Below are positions 38,096 through 52,479 of a stretch of DNA of 64,000 nucleotides, one piece after another. The DNA comes from Squalus acanthias. Its lineage: Eukaryota. The position numbers and the translations under genes were made by a program. Below the pieces are notes generated by a model. That model was not told the DNA's origin and ran no database searches. It was given only the letters and a program-made list of their open reading frames with translations. The stretch is from positions 27,716,001-27,780,000 of the forward strand of contig CM059433.1 of assembly GCA_030390025.1 (NCBI GenBank), written 5' to 3'. The stretch's first letter is position 1. Each line of letters starts with the position of its first letter.

Positions 38096-40742
38096 GGTAA
38101 ATCATACAGAGCTCTTATTGGATTCCAGAGTGAAGAATCTAATAGACATGATGAAGATGAAGCTCGATGCCAGCCACAGAGGCAGAACATAATGGAGCAA
38201 TGAAGGGAGGGGTTATTTTAAAACAAGGATCATCAAGACTGGAGTTAGGAGAAGAAAGAAGAGCCAAACAGATTAGCTTTTTCTTTCAGCAGGATGGATG
38301 AAGATCAAATTTATGCACTGAATTTAATGGCAACACTACCGGAGCCCCCACATGCTCTCTTTCCCCATCCTTTTTTTAAAAAGTCAAATTTTAAATGCAC
38401 TGGCAGTTTGTTATTGTCGTCAGTCTCGATGTCTGCACATCCAGTGCTGGACGCCTTATCATGTTGTGAGGAACAGCACATGTAACACGATAACGCAAAT
38501 TGTTCTTCATCTAACTCACTGCAGATTTACAACGTAAACATCTTCATTGGAAGAGATGAGCTGATAGTGACCAGAACACGTGTACATCAGCAGAAACTGC
38601 ACAGAGTGCTTAACAACTGCACTGAACTCTACACTCATCAAAGATGGCTGCAAAACATTTAGAAGAATGCAAGTTTTCGCTGGAGGTGCTGGAGATGGGG
38701 AAAGAATATTTGTCAATCTGGAATACTTAACCCTCATAACCCAAGCAGGTGAAGCCTGAACAATTTTGGAACCAGAGTCTGGGCTCGATGACAAGTGCGC
38801 TCATATTTTTGGGGGGAAATAGTTCATCTTTTTAAGTCTAAACACTTCACGAAGTGTTGTGAAATGCACTGATCTTGACGCCAACCCTGGTTGCGTGAGC
38901 CAGACTAATGTCAGCCCAAGCTCACGCAGAAAAAGGCCAAGTAAACAAATCGCAAGTTGCAGAGTTGGCCATGCCGGTGTTAAGCCACCAGTAATGTGCT
39001 CTCCTTAGCACAACAGATCAACACACAATGGTTTAGTCTTCACATTTAAAAATGCCGGGACTCAAACAAGTTCAGAAAGAAACTTCTCAACTATGCACAG
39101 CACAATATACTCTAAATATAGAAAGAAAAAAAATTTACTTTTTAAAACAAGGTTGAAAAGAAATCTGCCCCAATCATTCTGGCCATGGAACTCCATACAA
39201 GTACCAAAAGAAGTTGCACAATGAGTACAGAACTGGCTTAGATCTCACCTCAGCAATACTGAAGTGCAAGATTAGTTTTAATTTTAGTCAGGGTACTTTG
39301 CACACCTTAGAGCTAAGGTGGGTGGGTGGTGGTGGGCGGTCTCATTAAAGGTTTGGGGATTCCAGTGCTGGGAAATAGAATACACAGTTTTGCACCTAAA
39401 GTCAGAATCTACCACTCTACTCCAAAGTAAAACACAGTGCCAGTGAGTTGCAGAGTAAACCTCCTCTGAATGAGCCAACATTTAAAAGGCAGCACCTGCA
39501 ATTTCCACAGACAACAACATACCATTTTGCCCTGTAAAGCAAGCCTGAAACACAAATGTGGGTAAATTGTGATTACACACTGTATGCAAACATATAATTA
39601 AAGGAACAGGGCAATGCGTGCGCTGAGTGCACTAAATTATAGTGTTACAGTAGCACGGACACCAGCAATTGTGGAATCCATTCTGAGGGATGTCGCCAAT
39701 CTGTGCCAAGTTTAATGAGACAGAGACACTCTGGACTAGCGCGAGTCCAGCAAGTTTGAAGTTACAATTACAGTTGGATTAACACATTTGCTGAAAGCAT
39801 ACGTTAAACATTGGATGCAAAAGAAATAAAGTAAGAACTGTGTTAAACATATTCTAAAAGAATTACGATACTGGAGATTCAGAACATGGGAAAGCTATTG
39901 AAATTTTATGACATTGACAAGTAGCGTGAAGGAACGGCGTACAATTAAACATACGAGCGGCCAAATACTGCCTTTTAAGGGTGGTGAAATATCAGTACTT
40001 ATTGTCATTAAGCAGACAGCTTCTAGTTAGCTTTTCAAAAAAAAATCCTTCATTTTGATGGTTACAAATGCTAACTGTAGATAATTTGTCTTTCTGCATA
40101 ACTTGCAATAATTCAAACTTTTGGTAATGGGCCAGATGGTTCAACTGGATTCCCCATTAATTGTTCATCTTGATGTTTTTTTCTTAAATTCTATTCTTTT
40201 TTTCCCCCTAACTTGCTTTCTTTATTCACCGGAGGCACAACCTCATGCTGGGGATAGAGGGGTCAGTTCACCGCCCAAAGCTCCCACTGGGGAGCCGCAC
40301 ACAAAGTCAGAGAATCAGCGCTGCAGTATCGGAGCCCCATCACCAACCCACACTACCTCCTGCTGGGAGTGGAAGATTGCTGAACTTACCCCTTAGATGC
40401 AAGAGTGTAGCCCTCACACATCTCAACTTAATGACCAGTCTTCACATAAGCCATGGAAGTAGGTGTCCGCAGACTATTTCATCCATTTGACCACGGTGGG
40501 TGTCGGGTGAGGAGAAAATCGCTGCTAGGTTCAATCCTTTCCTCAGCTGATGTCCACACATTCACTTTCCAGCTAGAATCACTGGATAGCAATCAGGAAT
40601 AAGAACCCTTGTCGATTTGTCCTCTCCTTAGCCCAGGAGCAGCATCCCAACCACTGCCCCAGTGGAGATTAACTAACAGCAGAGACTGGGGGAGTGGGAC
40701 GGGACCATCTTGATCTGTAAGGCTCAGTACCACACTGGGAAA

Positions 40743-40892
40743 CAACGTTCCCTCTTTTTGGTTGTGTGCGCGGCCCCATTAAGGGGCTGCACGGCCCATT
40801 CACAGTTTCGCGCATGAGTAAAACTTTACATTGAAAAAGCAGGTCCTGGGCTGCACGGTAGAGGCTGAGAGATTGCCAGATAGGGAACATTG
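40743..40892. mobile_element. hAT-type MITE (copy 4, opposite orientation)
   Basis: CAACGTTCCCT...AGGGAACATTG; TSD 5/8 match. Confidence 0.78.
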
Positions 40893-40939
40893 CTGGACAG
40901 TGCATTTATCCAGGGACAGCTACCAAGGGAGCTCTTCTT

Positions 40940-41368
40940 TTCATAGAATCTTTCAGCACAGAACGAGGCCACGAGGCCCATTGTGCCAGCATTTTGAAAG
41001 AGCGATCCAATTAGTCCCACTTCCCTGCTCTTTCCCCATCGCTCTGCAGAATCTTCCACTTCAAGTATTTATCCAATTCACTTTTGTAAAGTTACTATTG
41101 AATGTGCTTCCACCACCCTTTCAGGCAGTGCATTCCAGATCACAGCAACTCGCTGCGTAAAGAAAATTCTCTCAACTGCCCCCTGGTTATTTTGCCAATT
41201 ATCTGAAATCTGTGTCCTCTGGTTACCGACCCTCCTGCCAGTGAAAGCAGTTTCTCCCCGTCAAGAACTCCTCCCAATTTTGAACACCTCTATTAAATCT
41301 CCCCTTAACCTTCTTTGCTCTAAGGAGAACAATCCCTGCTTCTCTGGTCTCTCCACATAGCTGAAGTA
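40940..41368 (-). mobile_element. CR1 3' fragment
   Basis: Reverse-complement homolog of 37738..38095. Confidence 0.8.
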
Positions 41369-41979
41369 ATTTTGGTGATTATGTAATATGAACGATAGCT
41401 ACAAGACTATTAAATAAACCAATTACTTAACATTAATATTTAAAACACAACACCATCATTTGTTGGCCTTACTGGTGGGTAGCTGTTTTTAAACTCAGCT
41501 GAACATTTTCTTTTTAAAATGTAAGGATAACAGCTATGTCTGTTCTGAATATTAGAAGTGCTTTGTCTCACATACCTTTCAGACTTCACTTGTCCCAGAA
41601 ATGTGTATTTCTCTCACTCACAAAACAACAACTTCCATTTATATAGCGCCTTTAATGTAGTAAAGCATCCCAAGGAGCTCCACAGGAGCAATATCAGACA
41701 AAATTTAACGAGGAGCCACATAAGGAGATATTAGGACAGGAAGAGGTAGTTGTAATGGAGCAGAGAGAGTTAGAGAGGTTTAGGGAGGGAACTCCAGACC
41801 CACAAGACTTCAGGACAAACAGAATTCCAACTTGTGCATTGCTTTGTACCACTGAAAGGGCTAACAGAAGTGTTAGGACATGGGGCTCATGTATATTTGC
41901 CATTGGACAGCACCAGCTGAAGAAAATTTAGCCAAGAATGGTACCGTACGCAGCAGGGTCGATGTACCCATTCCCTTAC

Positions 41980-42198
41980 CCGAAGGTCTTCCTGCTGTTG
42001 CTTTAAAATCTCAAATTCGATGGCTGGGGTGGGTAACTGCGTAATCAGCACCCGGGTCTCTTCAAGCCACGGCCAGAGCTCCTCGTAGGTCTCACAAAAC
42101 TGACTGACCAGAGACTGAGCCCGTTCCAGCTGCAGGTATCTCTCCGCGTTCATCTGGCTGATCACCTCGTACTGTTTCTGAAGCGTGTCCAGCTTGTT
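41980..42198 (-). CDS. dst: dst exon ([10 protein letters not shown]...QQQEDLR), 219 nt
   Basis: tttgtag acceptor, CGG|GTAAGG donor; YEELWPWL motif. Confidence 0.93.
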
Positions 42199-42392
42199 CT
42201 ACAAATAAAAATCAAAGCATTTCTGTTAACTGGAATCACAAACAGTCACCTTAAATAAATTAAAATTGGATCTGTTTCTCTTCCACCTTTCATTGCTCAA
42301 ACAAAGATTTTTACTCATTATAGACTAATGGGACTCACACATGCTCAAACACAAGGTAAATGAATACTTAATTGCATCCTTTGTTCTTGTAC

Positions 42393-42500
42393 CTTCAGAG
42401 ATGCTTTCTCCTCTTCAGTGCAGGAATTCATAATTTGATCCCCATTTGCAACGAGCTCATCAATTGTATCTTTGTGTCGCAAAATATCCATTGAAAATGC
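42393..42500 (-). CDS. dst: dst exon ([10 protein letters not shown]...EEKASLK), 108 nt
   Basis: ttttaag acceptor, AAG|GTACAA donor. Confidence 0.9.
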
Positions 42501-43516
42501 CTTAAAACACAAGGAATAATATGTCAGCACTGATGAATAAATTACCCTTTTTTTGATTACAAACACACAGTACTGCTAGAAGCACCATTTTAACAGCTTT
42601 GCACAGAATGGAATGTTAGTATGAAAGTGGTATTAAGTACACTGCTAGCCCCAGTCATGACTTCAACTTTCCAAGTCCTGGCCAATGCAAAGTGCAGGCT
42701 TCTTTGAGTTTAAAGTGAAAGGTTGAGGTTGCAATAAGTTAGGAACATAGGAATTACTAGACAAATAAAGACCACGGGTCCATCTAGTTCGTCTTCTACC
42801 ATCCTGGTAGTCACATGATACAACGATAATGGAGTTGTTGACTAATCATGGCAATCAATCTCTATCAATTAGTCTACAACAGACCCAGACATGAGGCAAG
42901 GAAAACCCCAGTGGTGGAGAGCTTTGGGAACTATAGATCCAAAGACACCTGTTCCTCCCAAGCATGCTTATCACGTCATGTCCCAAATTACTCACACACT
43001 GAATCCCAAAATATATGTGATTGTCTGAAAGAAATCTACTTAATTTGCATTTGAATTGATCAATTATAACTGCCCCCACTGTCTACCTAGGATGCCTATT
43101 CCATATATAGACCACTCGCTCACTAAAATATTGTTTCTGCAGATTAGTTTTTGAATGTACTCCCCCTTCAAGCGCAGGCCGTGTCCTCTGGTTCTATGAA
43201 TAATATATAAAATTCATGTATAAAGTTTTGACCGAATCAAACACCATCAATAGTGGGTTGTTTGTAGCGGCAGATATTGGGCAAGTGAAATATTCCTTTC
43301 CTATTGGTTCACTCGTTCCTTAAAGAAACCTTCTCATGGGCCATTCAGTGAGACTTGACCAGGTGAGGATTAAAAGTACAGAACTCAAATCCAGTGTACG
43401 ATGGATGGGTTACCTATCCACTGGGCAAAACAAGAAAAATGTCAACAAGTGTTAAGCCACAAGCGTAAACACTCAAAACACAACGCTGCAAGGTGTAGCA
43501 GATCACTGGGCTGACC

Positions 43517-44692
43517 AGCACCCCTACACAGGTGGCACTGGGCAATTGGCAATTAGACCTCCAGCACCCGTACACAGGTGGCACTGGGCTTTTGGCAACG
43601 AGACCTCCAGCACCCGTACACATGTGGCACTGGTCAACTGGCAACGAGACCTCCAGCACCCCTACACAGGTGGCACTGGGCAATTGGCAATTAGACCTCC
43701 AGCACCCGTACACAGGTGGCACTGGGCTTTTGGCAACGAGACCTCCAGCACCCATACACAGGTGGCACTGGGCAACGAGACCTCCAGCACCTGTACACAG
43801 GTGGCACTGGTCAACGAGACCTCCAGCACCCATACACAGGTGGCACTGGGCAATTGGCAAGGAGACCTCCAGCACCCATACACAGGTGGCACTGGGCAAC
43901 GAGACCTCCAGCACCCGTACACAGGTGACACTGGGCAATTGGCAACGAGACCTCCAGCACCCATACACAGGTGGCACTGGGCAACGAGACCTCCAGCACC
44001 CGTACACAGGTGGCACTGGGCAATTGGCAACGAGACCTCCAGCACCCATACACAGGTGGCACTGGGCAACGAGACCTCCAGCACCCGTACACAGGTGGCA
44101 CTGGGCAATTGGCAACGAGACCTCCAGCACCCATACACAGGTGACACTGGGCAATTGGCAACGAGACCTCCAGCACCCGTACACAGGCGGCACTGGGCAA
44201 TCGGCAATGAGACCTCCAGCACCTGTACACAGGTGGCACTGGGCTTTTGGCAACGAGACCTCCAGCACCCGTACACAGGTGGCACTGGGCAATTGGCAAC
44301 GAGACCTCCAGCACCCGTACACAGGTGGCACTGGGCAACGAGACCTCCAGCACCCGTACACAGGTGGCACTGGGCAACGAGACCTCCAGCACCTGTACAC
44401 AGGTGGCACTGGTCAACTGGCAACAAGACCTCCAGCATCAGTACACAGGTGGCACTGGGCAATTGGCAATGAGACCTCCAGCACCTATACACAGGTGGCA
44501 CTGGGCAACGAGACCTCCAGCACCCGTACACAGGTGGCACTGGTCAACTGGCAACGAGACCTCCAGCATCAGTACACAGGTGGCACTGGGCAACGAGACC
44601 TCCAGCACCCCTACACAGGTGGTACTGGTCAACTGGCAACGAGACCTCCAGCATCAGTACACAGGTGGCACTGAGCAATTGGCAACGAGACC
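43517..44692. repeat. Minisatellite, ~27 units of 39 bp or 46 bp
   Basis: Core GGCAACGAGACCTCCAGCACCCGTACACAGGTGGCACTG with optional 7-bp GGCAATT/GGCTTTT/GTCAACT. Confidence 0.96.
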
Positions 44693-44921
44693 TTGTTCAC
44701 GCGTAATATTCACTTGAAGCAAGACAACCCAGAACTATCAAATATTGAAACGCTTTCAAACCTATAAACAAGCTACTGAACAGTGTTCAGTCAAAAAACA
44801 GCATACTCTAGAAGGATTGCACAGTTTTTTTTACATAAATGCCCATAATGGACCCGAGATTATACTGTAATACACGGACATTTGTGCAAGGAGACATTGG
44901 CTGTCGAATATGCTGCAGTAC

Positions 44922-45041
44922 CTTTTGAACTTGCAACTCAGCAGAGGTCTGGTCTTGCTCAAGCCTGATGTCACCAAGTGATTTGAGCTTCTTCTCTGTT
45001 TCCGTGATCCAGGCAATCTCTGCATCCGCCGCTTGTTCAAA
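44922..45041 (-). CDS. dst: dst exon ([11 protein letters not shown]...ELQVQK), 120 nt
   Basis: Pyrimidine tract plus cag acceptor, AAG|GTACTG donor; translated by hand. Confidence 0.92.
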
Positions 45042-46502
45042 CTGACGAGGAGGAAGAAAGACAGAAATTCAGACAGACAGTCAGAGTGGAATCACTTCTG
45101 AAAATCCCAGCAGCCACCTCAAAGTCAATCAGCAGTTTTTGATTTATTTTTACACCGACTAGGCTCCCTAAACAGTGAGTGTTTCCAGGTCATGAGTTCA
45201 CTTGGAGTGGGGTGGGGGGGGGGGGACATTGCTACACCCAAACAACAATGGGTTGCAGGACGGCGCCAGAAGCAGGAACCCTTCCTGAATGCCCCCTTCA
45301 TTTAATTTTGACCAGATTTAACACCCCTACTACCGCTGTACCCATGATCACCATATACTGGCAAAGCTGGAGCCTTCTCGTTTGTTTCTTTATAGATAAA
45401 AGTTGGTCCGTGGGATCTCCTGGACAGGTTTTCAACCACCTGAGGGGGTTGGAGAGGAAATTTTCAGAATACTTTTTCCCTCATTAGCCCCGAGTTTTTC
45501 CACCTCTCGCAGGAGATTACATGGCTGAGGAGGGGGGAAGGGGGAAGAAATCTTTAGTCATGATGGTCCAGCCAACATGGTGCGTGGGGCAGGCTTGATG
45601 GACCAGCTGGTCTTTTCCTGCCCATCAGTTTCCTATGCCCGCACTAACTCTTGGACACTCACTGCTTGAACCAGTGGTTCGTGGACAAACAGAACAAATT
45701 CATACATTGGAAAATGTTACACCCACTAAAAGACATCTTTCACTTTTAACATTCACGGTTTCCCCCCCCCCCCACCCACCCCCACCTCCCACATAATGGC
45801 TGTGAAAGTTATTTTCGGGAACCTCGGATGCCCATCATCAGGTAGAATCCAAAACCTAAAGACACTTCCTTAATCCGTAGTGATCACTGAATAAACAATT
45901 GAGAGTTTCTAGTAAAAAAGTTATTGGGCAACTCATGAAGTGTAAAAAGAAAATGGACTTTGTACTGGGGTGGGGGGGGAATACTGTTAGAAACCAAAAC
46001 TGGTTCCACCACGTTCGAGGAACACGGACTCTGCGTCCCGTATGACATCATTCTTCAACATTTTGGAGCACAAAGTGTGGATTGTCGATGGCTGAATCCA
46101 CCGAGTTTAGAGTGTTCTTTCAGTAATTAACAGATACTAAATGGAAGGTCAGAGAACACCGGATCACAAGGTAGGTTCACCTGAAAGTGGTCATTCTGAT
46201 CATGTGATCTCTTCCTTCCAGAACACCAATCATACGGACGTCCCATTAGAGTGTCTGGCTCTTTCTTCAATGAGTCCGGTACCCTGGAGAACCCATTCCA
46301 TTTACTAGCACCCTCTACATACAGAAACATTTCCTGGCACTTATCCAAGGGCAGCTTTCACAGCACTGAGCCTGTGCCCGTTTCCCCAAATGCCTTGGTG
46401 TATCTGTATGCCACTAAATACCCTACATAGCTCCAAAATCCCCTCTAAGGCATCCCCTTTAGAGGTTTAGGAATCCTAGTTAGTCGTTCCTCATGATTCA
46501 TA

Positions 46503-47323
46503 GGGCTGGATTTTGTCAATGGGGACGTGATGGAGGCGGGACTCCCACTTTTTGGGTTGTAGTCCCGCCTCCATCGATTTGTGGCCAACCCACGCTACTT
46601 TCCCTTGATTGACCTTGTTAAGCCCGTCCAGCGGGCTCAGCAGGCCAATTAAGGGACACCTGGATACTGGTGACGTCAGCGATTGACATTTCATCTGTCA
46701 AGAGCTTTTGACAAATGAAATATCAGCGTTTGACAGCTCTGTGAAGCTGTCAAACACTGACAATCTGTCCTCTAACTTGAGTCCTTCTACTCAGGCTCAG
46801 TTAGAGAGCTGTCCAGACCAGAAAGCAGAGGCTGCAGCTTTTGACAGCTCAGCGGCCATTCTGCTTTCTGTGTCGGTGAGCTGAGGGACTCCCGAGACCT
46901 GAAGGGAGGAAGCCTGCAGGAAGTAGTAAAGGTAAGTAAAACTTATTAAAACACTTTACACACACCTCACACACATGCACCCATCATTCACCTGTACACC
47001 GGACATCTCGACCCCTCCAAGCCCTGCAGACCGACGGTCCGCCTCGCTAACTTGGCGTGGTTTGGAGCTGTCAGGCAGCCCACACTTCAGGGCTAAAAAT
47101 AGGGATTAGCCAAAAAACTGTCTGTTAACTACCTGTTGTTAACAGGCAGTTAATTGGCACTAATCCCCTTCCCGCCTCGGGGAGGTGGCTCCCAGCACAG
47201 GTCGGGTACCCGCCTCCTGGGACATTGGCATGGAGGCGGGTTGGGGGCAGGATGGGTACATGCCCCCCGAATCTGCAATTTTTCCACCACTCCCGCCTCC
47301 ACGGGGCTTGGAAAATCGAGCCC
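46503..47323. mobile_element. PIF/Harbinger-like non-autonomous element (~820 bp)
   Basis: TIR GGGCTGGATTTT / AAAATCGAGCCC with subterminal TGGAGGCGGGA inverted match; ATA on both flanks. Confidence 0.72.
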
Positions 47324-49634
47324 ATAATCTCTAACAATGGGAGTCGGTCCCAGTGCTACTCTGCACCAGCTCTAGCATCTGGGATACCCCTTTGTGTTGT
47401 ACTATGTGTAGAACTGCGCGTGGAGCCCAGCCGGAGCGCCCCGCGCGTGGAGCCCAGCCGGAGCACTGTACAGCCTCAGGATGACTTCTGGGAACATGAA
47501 CTTGACTAATCTGGCAGCACACTAGAATATAATTCTGTCAGCCTTCCCAGGAGTGATCCTTTAACCTTCAGTAAGTTTGCTTGTATTTCAGCTTTCAACA
47601 TTGCTCTCAGAAGCTTAGTATTACTACAGTAAATAATGTGGCAACATCATCATAAAAGGGGGTGTGATGCTGGTGACCAGCAACCCCAAGGCACTGAAAC
47701 GTCTGGCTGATAATAACTGTCCTACCCAAACACAATTAGCTCATCACCTATCTGCTGTCTATCTAAAACGGCAGCCAATGTTTAATGTAAATAAATGGTG
47801 TCACTATTCACCTCCGACCTCAACTAATGCTCCAGTAATCCAACATTTTAGAAAGAAGATAGACTTGCATTTATATTTTTGCCTTTCACAACCTCTGGAT
47901 GTCTCAAAGCGCTTCACAGCCAAAAAAATAACAATGATTATAGCCCCATATATAAAAAGTGCAAAAAATATGATTAGACTCATCAATCTCCCTACATTAC
48001 ATCAGTGACTACACATTTCAAAAGGACTTCATTGGCTGTAAAGCGCTTTGGGACATCCTGAGGTTGTGAAAGGTGCTAAATAAATGGAAGTTCTTTCTTT
48101 GGCAGTACACAATGTTATTTGCAATTCTGGGTTCTGTGTTTTTATGGGGTCTCTTGGTGCTCGACAGTTTACACCTCTGGCCAAACACGTGCTCATAGAT
48201 TGGTTGATCTACTGGTAATTCACAGAGTATTTACATTTCCTAGCGTCGGACCACTGTTAGATGGCTATAGTTGGAATTACTCTGTATTAACACTATAATA
48301 AATATATCCACTGAAAACAATTGTAATCCTTTGGGCTACCAGCTCCAAACCAACCAATTTGCTGTATAATTTGTGTCAACACTCGCTTTGAATACAAATA
48401 ATTTCTTTTTATGTATAACTTCAGTTTCTGATGTTGCAGTGTGCCAGCAACGGTAGATTTTGTTTGAAACATAGGCCCATTGTGTTACTATGGTGGTTTG
48501 CGATATTTGGGGTTACAAGGGGTGATTCCAAAATCTGGTGTTTCCAGCACTCAGCTGTATGCCTGCAATATCCCCCCACCAGCCCTCCCCCCCGCCCTAA
48601 GATCTTTCCCCGAAGCACCACTCCCTGTGCTGGAAGCTCAGGTCCGCAGAATCACCCCTATAAGTATCGATGCAAGAGCACGTGACTGAAAGGGTTAACT
48701 GGACACCTGACTGAAATAGGGCGGTCATATAACCTGCACACAGCGAGTCGCAGGAACAGAGATCCACTATCACAAAGGCAAGCAAAAGCTTCACAAATCA
48801 AGTGGCTACGACCTGGAACCCGCCACCAGAGATAGAGCGAGAGAGGCTCCAGGTGTAACTTATTAGAACTCAGGCACTCTATAATTCACGCTGCAGTGAA
48901 CAGTAGCACCGCACTGAACACAGGTAATGAGCTACATATGACTGGGGCATCTACACAGACAAGAACTGGTGCTTGAAGGACTCTGAATGGGTTCCCTCAT
49001 AAACTTCAAAAGCCTCTGTACTGATGGGATTTCAGAGTGCATGAACAGGCAGAGTTTACAATATGTTTTCCTCCCGCGTCAAGACATTTAGAATTAGGCA
49101 AGTGAAGAAGATAAATGATACGAGGAGTCTTTCAAGTCCCAAATTCCACCTCCCCCCACCCCCACCCAAAGGATTCTTGACAAGCCATTTCAATAACTTT
49201 AAAAGTTAACTTGGGATCCTCTGAATACAAATCCTCATGTTTTCAGGCAAAAATTAAAACTGGGGTAAATGAACACCAAAAAAATCATCTAACATTTCAA
49301 TATAAATTTTCAAATTTAACAGATCCCAGAATTAATACCCAGTAAGATTCAATTGACTTAATGCCTAAGAATAAAGCCCAAGTTTATTCTGTGGGACTGA
49401 GTCAAGCAAGGTTTGCTTACCTTTCGAGTGGTCAGTCAACCATGCCTGCACGTGGCTAGGATTGGAATGCACGATCTTATTCACGCCAAGGTTGACTGAG
49501 TTCTATAAACCCAACCATAAATGACTAGACAGATGTAAATAAAAGGAATGGGGAACAGACTTCTTTCCAGTTAAGATTTTATTTATAACTGGAAGATCTC
49601 CAAGGCATTGCTCATGGATAATGAATGAATCCGA

Positions 49635-49930
49635 GAAACTTACAGCACAGAAGGAGGCCATTCGGCACGTCGTGCCTGCTCTTTGAAAGAACAGTCGTGC
49701 CTAGTCCCACATCCCCATTTTTTGTCCGTAACCCTGTAAGTTCCTCATCCTCAAGTACCGGTTCAACTCCCTTTTAAAATTATTTATGGAATCAGCTTCC
49801 ACCACCTTTACAGGTAGAGCGTTCCAGATGTGGACAACTCTCCGAGTGAAAAGATTTCTCCTCATCTCCCCTCTAGATCTTTTGCCAATGATTTTAAATC
49901 TGTGACCTCTGGTTATTGACGCACTCACTG
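49635..49930 (-). mobile_element. CR1 3' fragment
   Basis: TRGHRFKI...RRVVHIWNALP peptide. Confidence 0.8.
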
Positions 49931-51419
49931 GTCCATAGTGGTTTCTCTATTTCACCAATCAGCAAATTCATGTGCTATGGACACTTTTCCATGCCCGAGA
50001 CATGCATCAGGTGCGAAACCTTTACTTAGATGGAAGAAATTAAATCCAAATGGGTGCACCATCTTTAAAATCAGTGCTCATCACACCATTTCCCCTCTAC
50101 CCCCTCGCCTCCCCATTTGTGAATGAGCAAATATACTTCAAGGTGAATTGTTTTATCATGCATCGTACTAACAGATGGGCAGAGGGTCAATCTGATGGAA
50201 CACGATAAGAGCTCACAACAGTAAAAGTTTGCCAAACACTACTTCAAGACAGGGCTCTCTTCAAATTTGAACAGCCTTCCCCACCCACCTCCTCACTTTA
50301 CATACCTCGGAAAAACAACCGCACATAGCTTCAACTTAAAGTTGCACTTTGCAAATGGAATCTCCCCAACACCCACATTACCTAAGATTTATGCAGGTAC
50401 CAACAAATGAGAAAGGAGTATTACAGCAAATAAAGTTCAGGAGATAATTGTTGGTTTTGTTAACCATCGAAGAATACAAGCAACATTTACAAATACCTCG
50501 AGCCTGACCCGTGGTTTTAGTTAACTTGCAGTAATCTCTGTCCCTTTGTGAATTTTGCTTTGATGCGGAAATAAAGTCACATATTGGAATGACAGGAAAT
50601 GAATATCCCATTAAAAAAAAGCATAAAACACATGAAAAGTTTTGCATTTCAAACAAAACAACAGATGGAACTTCCCCCATTGACCGTCAACAGAGGCGGC
50701 GAGGAGAATTCCAGCCTTGGTGCGATATCGACAATAATTCTTACCTCAAAGCAAAGTACATCAAAGCAACAGCTCACATTACAAGAAATTTGGCATTTTG
50801 ACAACAGTATAGATATCACCGTAAAGCTGGTTTTTTTTGGAAATAGCAAGTTGATATGAAGACTGGAAACGGTGGTTGACTTTCTGTACAAGTGCGCTGT
50901 TTATGAAGCACATGCAACCAACAGTGTGTGAAAATGTGAAATCTCAGGTGGAGGGCTTGGAATATAAATGGGGTGGGTAGTGTCCAAATATGGAACTTAT
51001 AATCAACAAGATTTAGGTTTTGCTCACTTCAGCCTTTTTAAAAAACACCTTTGTTCATGTTTATACAAACTGTAGTCTAATTTCATGTCGTTTTCTGTAT
51101 CTTGCCCCTTTCTTCACACCTCAAGGTTAAAAGGGAAGTGAGTATTCTACTGAAAAGATTAAGAACTGCCCATTTTACCCATGTTTATGATTTTAAAGTT
51201 CCAGTTAAATGTTGAATAGTGGAGATTTGAGGATGGATGAATACTCTTCATTTTGCATGATAACCTTTGGGGACCAAGGAGTATTTATGCAGAACTTATT
51301 GCCACAGATAAATGGGGTTCGCTAAAGTCCACACGATCAATGGAAGGATGGGGTTTGATGGGCCAAATATCTTTCAGATTTCATGCTTTATGTTCGAGCC
51401 CAGGAACAGACATTTTAGA

Positions 51420-51870
51420 GGAACATTAGGAACAGGAGGAGGCCATTCAGCCCTTTGCGCCTGCTCCGCCATTCAATTAGATCATGGCTGATTTGTACCT
51501 CAATTCCATTTACCTGCCTTTACTCCATAACCCTTAATACTCCTACCTGACAAAAATCCATTGATCTAAGTCTTGAAAGCTCCAATTGTCCAACAGCTTC
51601 CACAGCATTTTGGGGGAGAGAATTCTAGATTTCCAAAACCCTTTGTGAGAAAAAGTGCTTCCTGACATCACCCCTGAATGGCCTAGCTCTAATTTTAAGA
51701 TTAAGTCCCCTTTTTCTCGATTTCCTCACCAGAGGAAACAGTTTTTCTGTATCTACCCTATCAATTCCTTTAACATTTTAGGTCAGATCACCCCTCAATC
51801 TCCTACACTCAAAGGAATGCAAACCTAGTCTGTGTCACCTGCTCTCAGAATTTAACCCTCCAAGCCCCGA
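51420..51870 (-). mobile_element. CR1 3' fragment
   Basis: Tail ggaacaggaggaggccattcagccc and decayed ORF2 end. Confidence 0.78.
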
Positions 51871-52479
51871 TATGAAGTTTTGTTCTGATGGCATTAATGG
51901 TTAGTGTGAGCTGCTGCAGATCAATCCCAAACACAAATAATGTCATGTGATCAGAACGTAATGTCTCATCATGGGTCGTTCTACAAAAAAGTGTTGTGCA
52001 ACCGGAAGGCACTAATAGTGGTGATTAAGGCACACCAAATCTAAAGGAAAATGGAGAAATGGATTACAGTAGATAGCTCGAGTTGAAGAGCGAGCACCAG
52101 CACAGGAACAATGGGCCAAATGACCCCCTTTTTGTGTTGATTCGACCGATACCTCATCATCCATTTAGGTGATGATGTTATCCTTCAAGGTGAAAGAAGT
52201 GAAGTAAATCAATGGAATCTGGTTATATTCAATGCCATCATTGGAATACTCCCACATCCACTGCTGTGTTGACATTACTTAATACACAGATTATAGAAGT
52301 AAGCTGCTTATATTTTCACATATCATAATATTGCTAGGAAATGCCTGAACTATAACACTGGGAGGTAGAAATTCATCTTGGAGTCATTGGCACTAAACAT
52401 CTGACGGGGAATATAACTGGCAGTCAACGTGATTTAGCCCAAGAATTTCTACCCCCAAAGTGTTGACAGGAACTCTTAG

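Noticed and set aside
43414..44717. Multiple 200-380 aa ORFs and a CRISPR-like periodic look
   Set aside because: Head-to-tail minisatellite with no unique spacers and no cas genes; the ORFs just translate the repeat unit.
49421..49445. Possible small exon (cag|GCATGG...GAAAG|gtaagc) on the minus strand
   Set aside because: 25 nt would frameshift a phase-0 intron, the pyrimidine tract is weak, and there is no independent support.
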